From Desulfurococcaceae archaeon (GTDB lineage Archaea > Thermoproteota > Thermoprotei_A > Sulfolobales > NBVN01), in assembly GCA_020833255.1 (NCBI GenBank), contig JAJHQR010000002.1, positions 1 to 60,007 on the forward strand: 60,007 nucleotides of DNA. Direction: 5' to 3'. This document shows positions 28,711 to 36,502 of this stretch, in pieces; positions within the stretch are counted from its first letter, which is position 1, and each line of letters opens with the position of its first letter. The notes below the pieces were generated by a model. The model was given only the letters and a program-made list of their open reading frames with translations, had not been told where the DNA came from and did no database searches. The position numbers were made by a program, and so were the translations under genes.

Positions 28711-29352
28711 ATGAGATGGTGTTCTAGCTTGGGCAGGTTCGTTGTGGGTATCACGGGGAGTAGCGGGGTTGTTTACGGGTTAAGACTTACGGAAGTTTTA
28801 AGCTCTTCAGGACACGAGGTTCACGTGGTTTTAAGTAGGGAAGCTAAGCTAGTGTCCGCTGACGAATGCCTTAGCGAGGATGTGTTGATGAGCTTATTAG
28901 GGAAAATCGCGTCACGTGTTTACGATGAGTACGACTTCACCGCACCTATAGCTTCGTCATCATACCTTGTTGACGGGACTGTAGTGATTCCCTGCACACT
29001 CAAGACGCTTGGCGAGATAGCTAATTCAATACAATCAACGCTGATTAGTAGAGCAGCTCTTAATTCGCTTAGGCTGAAACGCCCGTTAATAGTTGTGGTG
29101 CGTGAGACCCCGCTATCCACCCTAGACTTAATCAACATGCTTAAGATCTCCCTAAGTGGCGGGGTGGTTATGCCTGCCTCACCAGCTTTCTACGGAAAAC
29201 CACAAACTATTCAAGACTTGATAGACTTCATAGTAGGTAAGGTTCTCGACGTGCTAGGCTTGAAAAACGACCTCTATAAAAGGTGGGAAGGTCTTAAATC
29301 TACTCAAGGAACAAGTCTTTGCGCCCGCTTTTACGAGCTAGCAAGTTCTTGA
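28711..29352 (+). CDS. ubiX: UbiX-family flavin prenyltransferase
   Basis: VVGITGSSGVVYGLRLTEVL, the VVIPCTLKTLGEIANS flavoprotein motifs and a C-terminal KRW. Confidence 0.9.
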   Translation: MRWCSSLGRFVVGITGSSGVVYGLRLTEVLSSSGHEVHVVLSREAKLVSADECLSEDVLMSLLGKIASRVYDEYDFTAPIASSSYLVDGTVVIPCTLKTLGEIANSIQSTLISRAALNSLRLKRPLIVVVRETPLSTLDLINMLKISLSGGVVMPASPAFYGKPQTIQDLIDFIVGKVLDVLGLKNDLYKRWEGLKSTQGTSLCARFYELASS

Positions 29353-29752
29353 GTTTCTCATCTATCTTCGCTTCATCTAATTCCTTAATGAATTCCCTCT
29401 CATCCTCCCTGAACTTAACAGCGAACGCGCACTTACCGTCAGGCAATAACGCTTTCCTCTCACAGTACGCGAATTGACACTTATATCCTAGGCACGTATC
29501 ACCTATCCACCTACACATAGCTACCTTCTGCACGTGACCCTTAACAACCTTATTCACTATCACCAATGAATTCTTAGAACACTTGAAGAAAGGACAGAGA
29601 GTGTTGCACTTATCTCCTAGAGGGAGTGGCTTTAACTCCTCCCTCATTAATCTCTGCTCCTCACCACCGTAGGGTCTCTCAGGCTTTCTAGCCCAGCCAC
29701 GTCTCTCATCATACGATGATCGATGCTTGTCCGGGTAACTCAACAGGCTCAC
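29300..29752 (-). CDS. Cysteine-rich conserved hypothetical protein
   Basis: 150 aa with 8 Cys in a central ~57-aa stretch (CNTLCPFFKC ... CRWIGDTCLGYKCQFAYC ... C). It converges on ubiX with a 53-nt overlap. Confidence 0.5.
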   Translation of the reverse strand: MSLLSYPDKHRSSYDERRGWARKPERPYGGEEQRLMREELKPLPLGDKCNTLCPFFKCSKNSLVIVNKVVKGHVQKVAMCRWIGDTCLGYKCQFAYCERKALLPDGKCAFAVKFREDEREFIKELDEAKIDEKLKNLLARKSGRKDLFLE

Positions 29753-29780
29753 CGGTTATTCTCGCTAACCCCTATATAAT

Positions 29781-30281
29781 CTATGGTTTAAACCATTTTA
29801 AAGCTACATAGGTAATGAGCCCTGACTGGTGGGTTACGGCTAGTATTAAGTCTTTCCTCACGCTGTGTGAGAGCCTACCCCAGCTAATTAAGTCACCGGG
29901 CTCTATGACCTGACCGTACTTAAGCACCTTCACTAAGTAGGGTGCGTGTTCCAGCCCGGGCCTCGTCTTATATAGAGCGAAGTCAGTCCCGTACTTAAGC
30001 GCTGACCTAATAGTGAAGCCGAAGTCCTTGAATTCCTTGTAATTCTTGTATAAATCCTCGAACTCAGGTAGGTGGGTCTCGCACACAGCCTTAAACTCCT
30101 CAAGACTCAATGCCTTACCGTCCTTGAAGATCTTCAGTATTCCTTTCTCCATGAGATAATAAGCTTCTATAAGTGACAGCTCTAGAGGCCTGTTAACCTC
30201 TTCCTCAGTTCCTCTAGGCTTCTTCACGCCGACGGGTTTCCCGATGAAGCTCGCGTCAAAAATACACCTAGCTAAATCCAC
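29781..30281 (-). CDS. endA: tRNA-splicing endonuclease, catalytic subunit. The coordinates run from the first GTG; the true start is probably upstream, up to 30353-30422.
   Basis: LELSLIEAYYL, RSALKYGTDFALY and HAPYLVKV..SHSVRK match the catalytic-domain motifs. The in-frame upstream sequence GDAYLIGSKVIVFD matches the family N-terminal strand. Confidence 0.85.
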   Translation of the reverse strand: MDLARCIFDASFIGKPVGVKKPRGTEEEVNRPLELSLIEAYYLMEKGILKIFKDGKALSLEEFKAVCETHLPEFEDLYKNYKEFKDFGFTIRSALKYGTDFALYKTRPGLEHAPYLVKVLKYGQVIEPGDLISWGRLSHSVRKDLILAVTHQSGLITYVALKWFKP

Positions 30282-30345
30282 GTCGAAAACTATTACCTTA
30301 GACCCTATTAGGTAAGCGTCCCCACTACCGCAATTCTTGAGCTTC

Positions 30346-31116
30346 CTATCTATGGAGTGAGATGAGCCTGAGATCAGACCCCACCTTCTTGAGGATGTCT
30401 GCGGAGTCTTCGAGCTTATCCGTCAACTCCTTAAGCAGGAGGAGAGCGCCGACATCGTTAGAGTAATTCCTTATTATCTCTGAGCCTAACTCCCTGTATA
30501 TCTCGTCAACGTTATTCTCTAAAGTCACTTCCTTCTGGTAAAGCTCCTTAACGACTTTAGAGTTGCTTAACTTGTTTAACATATCTATCACGATGCTCAT
30601 CATCTCCGTGAGCTTCCTCATAACCGAGTCTAGATATATATACATGTTATCAGGCATCTTCTCAAACCCCTTCGTAACTAAGAGTAAGGCCCTGTTCGCG
30701 GCCGCCTCCCCGTGCTCAACCAACCTTATGATATTCTGTATTATGCCGACGTACAGGTTCTCCATAGGCAGAGCAGGTGAAACCCTGACAACATACTCGA
30801 ACAGGTTTGTACCCCCCTCCTCCACCTCATCCTTCATTAAGCGTATCCTACCGTATATCTTCTCAACCCCTGTCTTATTCAGATCATCTAATTCTTTGAG
30901 GAGGTTTTGAAGCTCTTTGAAGAGATCCGTAGACCTCCTCACCAAAGCTACTAACTGTTCCGCGATAGCTGACTCAGCTATGCTCTCCCTCTCGCCACGT
31001 TCAGGTATCTCGTCAAGTCTTATACTCTCTTCAGTCAAGCTCCCACCGTTTACACTTCTAGTAATAATTCGCAGGTTATAATAAATACTTCGATGCGGTG
31101 GGGGACGCTCAAACAC
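30346..31116 (-). CDS. PhoU/DUF47-like helical protein
   Basis: 256-aa all-helical protein. Repeated patterns (..MKDEVEEGGTNLFEYV.., ..ENNVDEIYRELGSEII.., ..LTDKLEDSADIL..) resemble PhoU/DUF47 helical-bundle repeats. Confidence 0.4.
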   Translation of the reverse strand: MFERPPPHRSIYYNLRIITRSVNGGSLTEESIRLDEIPERGERESIAESAIAEQLVALVRRSTDLFKELQNLLKELDDLNKTGVEKIYGRIRLMKDEVEEGGTNLFEYVVRVSPALPMENLYVGIIQNIIRLVEHGEAAANRALLLVTKGFEKMPDNMYIYLDSVMRKLTEMMSIVIDMLNKLSNSKVVKELYQKEVTLENNVDEIYRELGSEIIRNYSNDVGALLLLKELTDKLEDSADILKKVGSDLRLISLHR

Positions 31117-31522
31117 TGGGCAGAATCTTCAAGACCCTTGAAGCCACGTCGCTTAAGTCTTTAAGCTTAGTTAACTCATCGTCTATGAAGCTAGCTTCAT
31201 CCCGCATGCCCTTCTCAATAAGGTGTGTTCTAAGATCCGTTAATATGTCTTCCTCGTCATTCACGGACACTAAAACAACGAAAGTGATTAAGGTTCTCAC
31301 GTAGTCCGCGAATTCCCTACGTATTTCCGAAGACTCACACAACTCAATACTCTTCTTCAGGCTACTCCTAGTCTTACTAACCTTGACTACGTAACTCTTC
31401 ACCACATCGTAGGAAGTCCTCCCGTTAAGGAAATCCTCGGCTAACTCTCTTAACCTAGCTAACTCCTTATTCCTTCTTAACGTATAATCCTCTAACTTCT
31501 TGAATATGAGTGAGTCCTCCAT
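31109..31522 (-). CDS. Hypothetical helical protein
   Basis: 137 aa. It overlaps its neighbours by 8 nt and 1 nt (operon coupling). No family recognised. Confidence 0.45.
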   Translation of the reverse strand: MEDSLIFKKLEDYTLRRNKELARLRELAEDFLNGRTSYDVVKSYVVKVSKTRSSLKKSIELCESSEIRREFADYVRTLITFVVLVSVNDEEDILTDLRTHLIEKGMRDEASFIDDELTKLKDLSDVASRVLKILPSV

Positions 31523-31824
31523 TAAGCAGACCTCAGAGTAACCATGGAGTTATCGGAGATACCGTTCTTCCGCATGAAATCCGCGTTAGCCCAGACCTCA
31601 CCCTCCGGAAGGTCTTCAGAAATTAAAACTCTTAACGTGAGCTTCTTCCCTGAAACAGATACCTGAGCCGCATCCTTAATACCTAACTCACCCGCCAACT
31701 TACTAGAAACGTAGATAGTGTTCTCCGGAACACCCTCCCTCAACCTAATCCTAACCCTCCTCTCAGGGATTTTCTTCGCTCCCTTACCCAGCACCTCACT
31801 AGCTGGAGGTATCACAGCAACCAA
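31522..31824 (-). CDS. Stand-alone small beta-barrel protein (CDC48-N / AbrB-SpoVT-like)
   Basis: 100 aa. RVRIRLREG..IYVSSKLAGELGIKDAAQVSVSGKKLTLRV..ADFMRKNGISDNSMVTLR follows the pattern of VAT-N/CDC48_N double-psi barrels and the related AbrB folds. TTG start. Confidence 0.4.
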   Translation of the reverse strand: MVAVIPPASEVLGKGAKKIPERRVRIRLREGVPENTIYVSSKLAGELGIKDAAQVSVSGKKLTLRVLISEDLPEGEVWANADFMRKNGISDNSMVTLRSA

Positions 31825-32108
31825 TTGCTTAACGTCTCTCTTCTGGGGTTGCTGCGGGCCGCCACTCTCACTACTCAGTATACACCACCATAAGAATTAG
31901 TAATGATCAACGAAAATAAATACTGTGAAGCACTCCAAACCCAATGATTGGTGAGGTTAAACTACGAAGGTTGGGCCCCGGATCTGCCACCTTAAATACC
32001 CCGCAACCCACACCGCAGAGGTAGTTACGGCATCAACGGAGGAAATCAGTGAGGAAGACTTTAAACACCACGGGGACGACGCGTGGGGAGTAGACGGGTT
32101 CTGGATAA

Positions 32109-33812
32109 TCACAAATTATTCAAGACCCACTTAATCACTTCGTCAGATTTAATCCTTATCTGCTCTCTTGAATCCCTGAATCTCACGGTTACTGTATTGT
32201 CTTCTAGCGATTGATAATCTACCGTCACAGCGAAGGGAACCCCTATCTCATCGACTCTCGCGTACCTCCTCCCTATACTCCCGTCCTCGTCGTAGATTAC
32301 CGTGAGACCTGCCTTAACGGCGTCATGATAGATCCTCCTAGCAAGCGTTCTCAAAGACTCCTCCTTAGGTATTAGTGGGAAGACAGCTAGCTTGTAAGGA
32401 GCTAGCTTAGGCGGTAATTTAAGGACTACCCTACCCCCCTCCTCATAGTAAGCTTTATCTAGAACGACCAGTAATAATCTCTCCGCTCCAAACGAGGGCT
32501 CCACCACGTGCGGTATGAACCTACGACCCCTCACAACCTCCTTAACTTCCTCAATGCGGAATACTCTTGCAGGAACCTTAAACCCATCAACAATTACCTC
32601 CCCCTCACTAAGTATCTTCTCAACCTCTTCCACGCTCAGTCTCCTCAACGCTTGCAGTACTCTAGGCGTGTCCGAACCGAAGTATTCTTTCAGGAGTTCT
32701 TGATCTATGACAACACTCTTCTTAGTAACCTCCTTAGGTTTCTTAAGCTCTCTGTAGACCGTCATGTCCTCGCCTGAGAACTGCATGTGCCTAGATAAGT
32801 CGTAGTCAGTCCTGTAAGCATGACCTGATATCTCGACCCATCCCCACCTAGATATAGAGACTAGCTGATCGAACGTCTGCTTAGAGTAGTGAGCTCTCTC
32901 CTCCGGGAGTTTTTCTTCAAACAATATCTCGTCTTCCCTTAAACCAAGTTCCTTAGCGAATGCTTGAGCTACAGACATCCAGTACGCGAGCCACTTATTA
33001 AGCACTATACCCTCAGCAACAGCCTCCTCAGGCCTCACAACAACTACCTCATCCAACCCCTTACTCCTAGCATCAGCGGTCAATATCCTCAGTTTCTCAG
33101 GGAACCTGCTGAAGTCAGGTTCTTCAGCGTCTTCCGGGTCGAAAAAGAACTCAACCTCCATTATGGTGAACTCCCTCAGCCTAACCATCCCCTGCCTAGG
33201 GGATATCTCGTTCCTAGCCACCCTACCTACCTGAGCTATACCTAGCGGGAGTGAGTACCTCATAGCGTTGAAGACCCTCTTAAAAGACGTGAACATTCCT
33301 TGAGCGGCTTCAGGCCTTAAGTAAGCCACGTCATGCTTGTAAGGACCTACGTTAGTCTGGAATAAGAGGTTGAAAGTCCTCACGTCCTCTAACTCACCAC
33401 CACATGAAGGACACTTAACCCCCTTCTCCCTAATAATCGAGGTAAGTTCTTCAGGACGTAAGCCCTCGACCTTGATTCCGAGAATATCTTCTAAGAGATG
33501 ATCAGCTCTGTAAATCTTCCCGCACTTACTGCAGGTAACTATCGGATCCGTGAAGCTCTCCACATGCCCTGAAGCTTTAAACACTATCTCAGGCGCTATT
33601 ACCGGAGTCTCTATGAGAACAACCATATCTTGATGTCTGAAGACGAAGTAATCTAGCCAGAGCTTCCTTATGTTTTCTTTCAAGAGAGACCCTAGAGGAC
33701 CTAAGTCGTAGAACCCCGCTAAACCACCGTAGATTTCATAGGAAGGCCAGAAAAAACCTCTACGCGCCGCTAAATCAACGATTTTCTCATACTTATCGCT
33801 GCTCACGTCCAC
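32109..33812 (-). CDS. glyS: Glycine--tRNA ligase (archaeal/eukaryotic alpha2 type)
   Basis: The N-terminus IVDLAARRGFFWPSYEIYGGLAGFYDLGPLG and the 567-aa length. GTG start. Confidence 0.95.
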   Translation of the reverse strand: MDVSSDKYEKIVDLAARRGFFWPSYEIYGGLAGFYDLGPLGSLLKENIRKLWLDYFVFRHQDMVVLIETPVIAPEIVFKASGHVESFTDPIVTCSKCGKIYRADHLLEDILGIKVEGLRPEELTSIIREKGVKCPSCGGELEDVRTFNLLFQTNVGPYKHDVAYLRPEAAQGMFTSFKRVFNAMRYSLPLGIAQVGRVARNEISPRQGMVRLREFTIMEVEFFFDPEDAEEPDFSRFPEKLRILTADARSKGLDEVVVVRPEEAVAEGIVLNKWLAYWMSVAQAFAKELGLREDEILFEEKLPEERAHYSKQTFDQLVSISRWGWVEISGHAYRTDYDLSRHMQFSGEDMTVYRELKKPKEVTKKSVVIDQELLKEYFGSDTPRVLQALRRLSVEEVEKILSEGEVIVDGFKVPARVFRIEEVKEVVRGRRFIPHVVEPSFGAERLLLVVLDKAYYEEGGRVVLKLPPKLAPYKLAVFPLIPKEESLRTLARRIYHDAVKAGLTVIYDEDGSIGRRYARVDEIGVPFAVTVDYQSLEDNTVTVRFRDSREQIRIKSDEVIKWVLNNL

Positions 33813-33840
33813 GTAACACCTACAGAAAATAAGGAAATCC

Positions 33841-33854
33841 GGTTTTATAAAACC
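33841..33854. promoter_or_regulatory. Perfectly palindromic TATA element between divergent glyS and speB
   Basis: GGTTTTATAAAACC is its own reverse complement. It lies 29 nt from the glyS GTG (33812) and 31 nt from the speB ATG (33885). Confidence 0.5.
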
Positions 33855-33884
33855 TTATCGTCATACATCAAGGAGTGGGTAAGC

Positions 33885-34787
33885 ATGCTTGAACTCTACT
33901 TAATCAACAACCCGTACGTATTTCTCGGGGTTAACGGGGATAGGGGGAGAAACCCCTTAAGCCTAGTAGGGATTCCCTTCGACTCAACCAATAGCTTCAG
34001 GAGTGGTTCCAGGCTCGCGCCGATGCGTATACGACACGCCTCCCAATCCCTAGAAACCTACTCGTTCAGGAACGGCATCGCCCTGGAAGAGAACCCTCCA
34101 GTAGATGAGGGTGATATAGCGGTAGTGCACGGCAGTGCTGAAGCAACGCTGAGAAACATCTCGGTAGTCGCTAAGGAATTATTCAAGACCAGGAAAACAA
34201 TCTTCGTCGGAGGAGATCACATAGTGACTTACGGAATCATTGAAGGACTCTTCAACGCGGTAAAGAAAAACCCCTGCGTGCTAATTCTCGACGCTCACCT
34301 AGATTTCAGGTCGGATTACCTAGGCTTCAAGTATAGCCACGCGTGCGTGACCAGGAGGATCAGCGAGGTGGTGGGGGCGAGGAACGTGATGGTGTTAGGC
34401 TTCAGAGCCGTCGACATTAAGGAACTGAGGGAAGCTAGGGAAGCAGGCCTAAACATGATTAACTCATACGAACTCAACAAAATAACCCTGAGAGAAGCAG
34501 TCAATAAGGTGAGGGATTTCTTGAGCGCCTGCGAGCACACCTACGTATCTTTAGATATGGACGTAATAGACCCAGCATACGCGCCGGGAGTATCCACCCC
34601 CGAACCCGAAGGACTTCAACCAACACTAGTGATAGATCTGATAACGAACGTGATAGACGGGAAAACAGCTGGACTAGATTTAGTTGAGGTAAACCCTCTC
34701 GTAGACGTGGGGGACATCACATCATTCCTAGCAGCTAAAATACTCATAGAGGTCTCCACGAAATTCCTAAGCGTTGTAAGAGCGTGA
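33885..34787 (+). CDS. speB: Agmatinase / ureohydrolase family
   Basis: Mn-binding blocks GGDHIVTYG, LDAHLDFR and SLDMDVIDPAYAPGVSTPEP. Confidence 0.9.
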   Translation: MLELYLINNPYVFLGVNGDRGRNPLSLVGIPFDSTNSFRSGSRLAPMRIRHASQSLETYSFRNGIALEENPPVDEGDIAVVHGSAEATLRNISVVAKELFKTRKTIFVGGDHIVTYGIIEGLFNAVKKNPCVLILDAHLDFRSDYLGFKYSHACVTRRISEVVGARNVMVLGFRAVDIKELREAREAGLNMINSYELNKITLREAVNKVRDFLSACEHTYVSLDMDVIDPAYAPGVSTPEPEGLQPTLVIDLITNVIDGKTAGLDLVEVNPLVDVGDITSFLAAKILIEVSTKFLSVVRA

Positions 34788-34887
34788 GGTTCAGCGCACC
34801 TATACTTCTCTAAGACATGGTTTCCCTCAGCAAGTTTAATCATGTTTTCTTTTTAAGTAAAGCGATGTTAGAGAGTGTGGTGAGAAC

Positions 34888-35802
34888 ATGATTTCGATTA
34901 TAGGAGCTGGCAGGGTAGGAACGTCAACCGCTCTCATGAGTGTCTTGAGAGGTCTTGACAGCAAGATAGTGTTGGTGGACGTGGTTCCGGGCTTAGCGCG
35001 TGGGGAAGCTCTCGACCTATCACACGCTGCCGCGGTCCTCGGTATCGACGTGGATATACAGGGCTCGGAAGACTTCAGCATAATTAGAGGTAGTGACATA
35101 GTCTTAGTGACGGCCGGTAAGCCTAGGAAGGCCGGCATGACTAGGGAGCAGTTGGTCGCGGATAACGCGTCAATAATTAACGACATAGCCCCTAAGATTA
35201 GGGAGTACGCACCTGATTCTATAGTGATAATCACCACGAACCCGTTAGAGGTAATGACATACCTAATGTATAAGAAGCTGGGTTTCCCTAGGGAGAGAGT
35301 GATAGGTTTTAGCGGGGTTCTAGACTCTGCTAGACTAGCTTACTACGCGTCCAAAAAACTCAACATAAGCTACTCCTCGATAGTTCCGGTAGTGATAGGG
35401 ATGCACGGCGAGAACATGCTTCCACTACCCAGACTCTCCACTATCTGCGGCATCCCCCTAACCCAGTTATTACCTGAAAACGAAATCGAGTCATTAAAGA
35501 AAGAAACGATTGAGGCGGGGGCGACAATAACCAAGCTTAAGGGATACAGCAGTTCTTACGGGCCAGCAGCCGGATTAACTCTCATGGTAGAAGCTATAAG
35601 GAAAGACTCGAACAAGTTACTGATCGCTAGCGTGTTCCTTGACGGTGAGTACGGACAGCATGACGTAGTAGCGGAAGTCCCTGTCATCCTAGGAAGGACC
35701 GGCGTGAAGAAGGTGATTGAGTTACCTCTAAACGAAAACGAGAGGAAGAAATTCTTAGAGAGTGTTGAGTCTGTTAAGTCGTTAATCAAGTTACTTACTT
35801 AA
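34888..35802 (+). CDS. mdh: Malate dehydrogenase (LDH-like family)
   Basis: ISIIGAGRVGTSTA Rossmann motif, ITTNPLEVMTY and the GMHGE catalytic His block. Confidence 0.9.
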   Translation: MISIIGAGRVGTSTALMSVLRGLDSKIVLVDVVPGLARGEALDLSHAAAVLGIDVDIQGSEDFSIIRGSDIVLVTAGKPRKAGMTREQLVADNASIINDIAPKIREYAPDSIVIITTNPLEVMTYLMYKKLGFPRERVIGFSGVLDSARLAYYASKKLNISYSSIVPVVIGMHGENMLPLPRLSTICGIPLTQLLPENEIESLKKETIEAGATITKLKGYSSSYGPAAGLTLMVEAIRKDSNKLLIASVFLDGEYGQHDVVAEVPVILGRTGVKKVIELPLNENERKKFLESVESVKSLIKLLT

Positions 35803-36179
35803 AAACCTCACGTCATTTAATTTCTTTAAATTAAGTTAACCATTTTTCCCGCGCCGCCCTAGCTAATGAGATGGTTTTTCTCGTTGACGTCCATGTATTC
35901 TAAAGCGTTGAAGGGGCACCACTTATCAGGGAAGTACTCGTCACCTAAGAATCTCTCAATAACTTTAGAGCCTAGTGCGTATTCAGCTTGTTTTTCCTCA
36001 CCCATAACGCTGTACACCAACAAGATAATATCTTATGACTAGGGTCTTTAAGCTTTAACGAGGCTCAATATAGTATACTATAAACGTGATTCGTGATTAT
36101 ACTTAATTATACTTTTATACTTTTTAGATGGAAAGCTTAAAAACAGTACCTAACAAATTACTTGTGAGGCGAGGGCGTA

Positions 36180-36470
36180 ATGAGTTCTACGGTCTTGGTT
36201 GAGGAAGACTTCCTAGCACTTAACTACATGTACTTAGTTGAGTGCACAACGCTCGAATTATTAACTCACTTCATGAAGGGAGATAACGCGAAAGCACTCG
36301 AGGTCCTCAAGAGGTTCAAGGATAGAGGCTACGTGATAACGTCAGATGATTTCATAATGTTGAGTGATGAAGCTAAGAGAAACGTGGGGGAACTCCGCAA
36401 GAACATGGTTAAGAGACTTGAGGGTAACGTGAACGTAGTCATGGGTGATGATAAAGAATGTTGTTCATGA
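36180..36470 (+). CDS. Small hypothetical protein, possibly a winged-helix regulator
   Basis: 96-aa ORF directly upstream of AOR and downstream of a repeat-rich AT-rich region. The ..ALEVLKRFKDRGYVITSDD.. segment looks wHTH-like, but the assignment is weak. Confidence 0.35.
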   Translation: MSSTVLVEEDFLALNYMYLVECTTLELLTHFMKGDNAKALEVLKRFKDRGYVITSDDFIMLSDEAKRNVGELRKNMVKRLEGNVNVVMGDDKECCS

Positions 36471-36502
36471 AGATTGGCTAAGGCTTTTCGGGCTTAAGAG
36501 GG

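Noticed and set aside
31920-31990. ATGATCA / ATGATTG box-like strings in the glyS-proximal intergenic region
   Set aside because: No D or D' CTGA lies at guide-compatible spacing on either strand.
34836-35237. 133-aa minus-strand ORF over the 5' part of mdh
   Set aside because: It is antisense to a canonical malate dehydrogenase frame and has no motif of its own.
35859-36005. 48-codon minus-strand ORF (MGEEKQAEYALGSKVIERF..) divergent from the AOR operon
   Set aside because: The start context is plausible, but the ORF is below the size at which I can support a gene without homology. It is mentioned under the operator finding.
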